Shown here: positions 16,801-20,000 of the stretch, one piece after another | How positions within the stretch are numbered: the first letter of the stretch is position 1 | Layout: every line of letters starts with the position of its first letter | Origin: Craspedostauros australis | Taxonomy: Eukaryota | Direction: 5' to 3' | Assembly (NCBI GenBank): GCA_030167865.1 | Contig: JALAGF010005593.1 | Coordinates: 46,500-66,499 of the forward strand | Length of the DNA stretch: 20,000 nt | Program-made: the position numbers and the translations under genes | The notes under the pieces: model-generated | What the model was told of the DNA's origin: nothing | The model's database searches: none | The model's input: only the letters and a program-made list of their open reading frames with translations

Positions 16801-17020
16801 ACTGAGCAGCTTTCCATGTGAACATCGATGCCGATGGTGGTGTTGCTGTTGGCATTCGTTCTTGGACGAAGGTGGACGTGGAGGCTGCTTGTGCCATTCT
16901 GGCAGAGCCCGTGCCGGCAGCGCCCCGTGCCTTGACGGCAAGCCTCGAAGCTACCGTTCTCATCGTTTGCAAAGTAGCACTCCTTCTCATCATCAGGTTC
17001 ATCATCGTTGTGGACGACAT
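13808..17020 (-). CDS. Pentatricopeptide repeat (PPR) protein, probably mitochondrial
   Basis: Many roughly 35-40 aa helical repeats (PNAIVYNSVMAAMARS, TACYTAVVKAWARA, PTTILFTTLMSAWRDS, PNTISYTVAISCWANA, PNVRAYSDVIHAYSRI, TNVYCYTALLTCWARS). Likely start MSSTTMMNLMMRRSATL at 17020, followed by an Arg/Ser/Ala-rich acid-poor presequence. The ORF is open up to 17329. Confidence 0.88.
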   Translation of the reverse strand: MSSTTMMNLMMRRSATLQTMRTVASRLAVKARGAAGTGSARMAQAASTSTFVQERMPTATPPSASMFTWKAAQFHQSGECPNMLRPALPQHITMATARLSRRQGISRSPVRCFASSSHGSSTNITTAARRSTRHEETSSYSPHPNRRQNQNHRNQHPRQGRNQRHQGSRQNQLSKHRARDLAWYNDRNYRDNSYRKSWQTMTDELMSIPKGEFSSDDWNSAKECLSFWYNGGYKDTALQRAFGILDRMAEEKQVTATASAASPSPSDVPTDRGIVPTKHLGGIINHWQIWTNQTKKQREQDRPPGIPSPVQLLENVRTKYALITTPSVQAYTMIFNAMRHASYLDATSAEQVDEAMEELIRSAEDGDNESGRSVAAKAYPDSFLVAEVIHVWLAVDDPDRAIAWIERAKSLRFQHPDKFGDRLRPSQAWFTPVVHHFAKRGQKERIQPLLRQMDETLDGTNHDGASRTRFLNAILLSYAKQSYSSHDAMWKAAEEAQQLLEDFETLFQDGQIDQGPDCGSYSIVIDCWSKYCAGVQQNDRSTQYPRVEPDANSSRRASDRALEVFRKLQRAYEATGSPNLRPNAIVYNSVMAAMARSNQPERARGLFDEMLTDFANGNHDAEPSARTLTTVLRALARHPKLKVNTAVEAERLMESVETKSSSTQISSQHVAQLLSIWANLSTPRDSAPAERAQAKLQHYIARSESLTEGTERHAILSTACYTAVVKAWARAERPEKAQEVFDWMVQDRSVHPTTILFTTLMSAWRDSKHPDNVEKVQSILQSMHDMHAKEGLRCKPNTISYTVAISCWANADLKLYPDAPKQARQLLESIRYSDDPDLKPNVRAYSDVIHAYSRIGDAASAKELMLGLVEDWKSSGRHAMLTPNEFILRGVLSSFSNSDVPAEDAEALLAWWVSEMRFPTNVYCYTALLTCWARSGEVGSGDRAHQILQEMSSKFRGSNKVPQNIVLNAYANECALLGAKLPEGDDELARNGAALVQRVMRLFGEMKSVDNYGYRAILKTIQHAAVPNQVKMEHLETLEEDMKRRRHRADQTVQQHMDEIRQAVGSPYSY

Positions 17021-17570
17021 GTTACGGCACGAGTACTCGTGAGGACTCCATGCGCTTGGAATGAAGGTGAGCGAAGGAGACGGTGTCAGCAGCTCCGAGG
17101 GAGGCACGTGGCTTGGATGGCTGCGTGAACGGTTGTTGGCCTCTTGTTTGATTTGGTGTTGAGCTTCAAACGTGCATGACGCCATCATGTTCATACGTGT
17201 CAAGGAAGAGGATGATGGCCGACTCAGCCGACCGTCGATAGATGTTGACCCATACGATTTCAACCAGGTCGTGAATGACGTCATGCTGCTTCCACCAATC
17301 AAAGGGAGCCATGGCGCGTGAATCGTCATCAGCCAAAAAAGAAGGAACGAGTGCTTCGTTTCTCACGCGTTCTCACCACACATCAACGCGTCTCGATCCG
17401 CACCGCCCAAAACCAAAAAGAAAATCTTCATGCATCGCCACAGAACAACAGCCACCGCAAACAACACGAGCACACGAGGAGACGCAAGCCTGTGGACAAG
17501 TCGCAATTCGTCTTCACATCACCACAACAATCGATCACGTCAACGCCCAGCTTCCTCCCATCCATCCACC
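17021..17570. promoter_or_regulatory. Divergent promoter interval shared by the PPR and NDPK genes
   Basis: Head-to-head starts about 550 bp apart; A/C-rich leader on + from about 17400 to the NDPK ATG. Confidence 0.5.
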
Positions 17571-18451
17571 ATGTTCACCCGCACAGCCATCCGCTCCCTC
17601 CGCAGCCGCGTCGCCAACAGCAATGCCGTCCGATCGTTCTCGGCATCCGCTGCCACCCAGAAGGTTGTCCGATCTTCCGCCTCCTCCAAGGCCTTCATGG
17701 GATTGATGGGAGCCGGTGCCATCACCTCCGCCTGGTTCATGCAGCAGGCCAACGACGTCGCCCTCTGTGAGGACGCCCTTCCAGTCTACGGAAAGGCAGG
17801 CACCAACCAGGAGCGCACCTTCCTTGCTGGTGCGTACATCTTACATCGTGCAAGGAATGGAGTTGGATCGGATCGGATTCATGCGCACGACATGCCTCAT
17901 CGGCTGGTTGCTTGCGTCACCACACTTGTGATGTTTCGCTTTCGGTGCCTGTGTCATGACTTCTCGACGCCTTTGCTCACCCACCACATTATTTGCACCG
18001 CCTTCTTTTTGTTCTCCATACAGTCAAGCCGGACGGTGTGCAGCGCGGAATCGTCGGTGATATCATCGCCCGTTTCGAAAAGCGCGGATACAAGCTCGTC
18101 GGCTTGAAGATGGTCTGGCCATCCCTGGAAATGGCCGAGGCCCACTATGCCGACTTGGCCAAGAAGCCGTTCTACCCAGGCCTCACCAAGTTCTTCAGCA
18201 GCGGACCAATCATCTGCATGTGCTGGGAGGGCAAGGACATCATCCGTCAGGGACGCCAGATGCTCGGCGAGACCCAGCCATTGGCCTCCAAGCCAGGCAG
18301 CATCCGCGGAGACTTCTCCATCGACCTGGGACGCAACATCTGCCACGGAAGCGACTCGCCGGAGGCCGCTGCTCACGAGCTCAAGATGTGGTTCCCAGAG
18401 GGTGTCAACGACTGGGGTAAGACTGTTGATGCTCACGTCTACGAGAAATAA
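17571..18451 (+). CDS. NDPK: Nucleoside diphosphate kinase, mitochondrial-type; exons 17571-17829 and 18024-18451 (228 aa)
   Basis: Splicing G|gtgcgt...catacag|TC restores ERTFLAVKPDGVQRG. Also AEAHYADLAKKPFY, PGSIRGDF and the catalytic RNICHGSDS. Presequence MFTRTAIRSLRSRVANSNAVRSFS; accATG context. Confidence 0.95.
17830..18023 (+). other. GT-AG spliceosomal intron (194 bp, phase 1) in NDPK
   Basis: Donor gtgcgt, branch-like gctcac near 17975-17980, pyrimidine tract, acceptor cag; removal joins the conserved NDPK N-terminal motif in frame. Confidence 0.92.
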
Positions 18452-18880
18452 GCACATTCAAGTTCCCAGTAGCATGCTCGCGCAGTGCAAGCACAAATAA
18501 TAGACGTGCGCGTGCATTGCGACGACAGACGAATACTATGTGGTTTCAGAGCAGAGTCGACAACACAATTGGAATTGCAACAACGGCAGAATGATTGGGA
18601 GGACATGGGCGGAAGGGAAGGAAAACTTGAGGAGAGTACATCCTCTGCTGTTTTGGCGAACGAATTTGTCTTCACACCATTCCCTTCTTTGTGCGGAGAG
18701 CAAACAACTTACTCTCTGGGGAGATACCATAGCCCACATTTTGCTGCAGTGCGAGTCTTTGCAGATATTGTTGCTTACGTTGTATTGATGCAGCTCGTAG
18801 TATTGAGACCAGAAAAACCGCAATCTATGAAGCGCAACTTTCATGATCCATTGGATTACATTGCATGGCATTACTCTGCA

Positions 18881-20000
18881 TCACTCTCTTCTCTTCGCCT
18901 TTGATTTGCCAGATTGATCCCTTGCATCGGCTCTCCGTACGCGAGCTTGTTTCTCATGGACCACGTCAATGCCATCAACCGGTTGCCACAGGTTCACGAC
19001 GCAAGCCCAGAATTCCATCGTCACCGCAAGCAGACATGCGACGAGGCCAGAGATCACGCCAAGGCGACTGTATCGACGCAACTTATCGAGCAAAGGCTTC
19101 GCTCCGCTACGTTCCTCCTTCTCGCTGGATATTGTATCGTAGACTCGCAATGTATCGGCTGCGACTTGCTCCCATGAGTACATGGACTTGATGCGTTCGT
19201 GTGTTTCGAAGGGATCCACCTTGGTTGCATCTGATGACTGCCTCGAGGCTGCCTCCATGATTTGCTGCACCAACGCATCCACGTTGGGTTTCGCCATCAG
19301 AATCATATCATCCTCCAGCACCTCCGGAATGCCACCGACATCTGTCGACACGATGAGCAACCCGCAGCATGCAGCTTCCAAGATTGCAATACAGAATGAC
19401 TCCGTCAGAGAACAGTTGAGGAAGATGTGACCCTGGCAAAGCACGTCACGGACTTGCTCGTGCGGGACGCTGCCCAGGAACTGCACGCGATCTTCCAGCT
19501 GTTCCTGCTCGACCATTTCCTGCAGATTGAGGAACTTGTTCCCGTCTCCACCCACGAGGAAATCGATCTGTGGTAATGCCTGGCAGACCTTGGGGATGAT
19601 ACCAACCAGCAGGTCCACGCCTTTGCGATACACCAGGCGAGACACCACGACGATGCGTATTCTGGAATTTGGTTGTGCCAATATGGAATCCAAAGAGGAG
19701 GAGACCGATTGGACACGGCGTTAGTTTCCTTTAATTTGATTTGATTCAGATTGGCACGGCGTGAACAAGATACGAGCAGTTCGAGACAGCTTACATACGC
19801 GGCGCGATGCTAGTAGCTACAACGCATCGACATCGCTCTGATACACACGCTCCGCAAGAAAAGCGCGCCGTCTCTTTTCTCTTGACCTACCTTTCCTTCG
19901 GCCGTTTGGATGGATCTGGCGTGAACTTGGATGGGTCGATTGCATTGGGCACCACATGGACACGTTGCGGATCGAGGTTGGCCCGTAGGATCAAATTGGT
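18881..20000 (-). CDS. PIGA: Phosphatidylinositol N-acetylglucosaminyltransferase subunit A (GPI anchor biosynthesis, GT4); 5' partial; exons >20000-19891 and 19661-18881
   Basis: TNLILRANLDPQRVHVVPNAIDPSKFTPDPSKRPKER spliced to IRIVVVSRLVYRKGVDLL; GHIFLNCSLTESFCIAILEAACCGLLIVSTDVGGIPEVL; MYSWEQVA; C-terminal hydrophobic helix. These are PIG-A/Gpi3 signatures. Confidence 0.95.
19662..19890 (-). other. GT-AG spliceosomal intron (229 bp, phase 2) in PIGA
   Basis: Donor AG|gtaggt at 19890, branch ctaac at 19724-19720, first downstream AG (ttccag) ends at 19662; restores the frame. Confidence 0.9.

Noticed and set aside
17021..17329. 103-codon N-terminal extension of the PPR ORF
   Set aside because: Lies in the divergent promoter and would bury the presequence-like segment starting at 17020; not excluded without TSS data.
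17430..18107. 225-aa ORF and the separate 17993-18451 ORF as independent genes
   Set aside because: They are NDPK exon 1 read through the intron, and exon 2.

Overview
Compact, intron-poor eukaryotic nuclear DNA. Gene style, A/C-rich 5' leaders and the PPR and membrane-protein types suggest a diatom or related stramenopile (inference). The ORF track uses bacterial alternative starts and misses genes that run off the edges, so several starts were re-called. Eight protein-coding genes are supported: RMI1 (minus, runs off the left edge, absent from the ORF track); a degenerate HAD-like protein; an AFG1/LACE1 ATPase; an alpha-arrestin with an MGxxxS N-terminus and three P[S/T]AP motifs; a type II membrane protein with an acidic/Tyr-rich tail, a hexa-Cys motif and a DNRLRE/CBM96-like ectodomain; a large PPR protein; a two-exon, probably mitochondrial NDPK; and the 3' part of PIG-A (one intron seen). 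No rRNA, tRNA, CRISPR array or recognisable transposon was seen. Most notable: the Gag/ARRDC1-like ESCRT-recruiting arrestin architecture, the unusual type II membrane protein, repeated NPY motifs and a polyQ loop insertion in RMI1, and recurrent drifting 5-bp-periodic tracts in most non-coding intervals.
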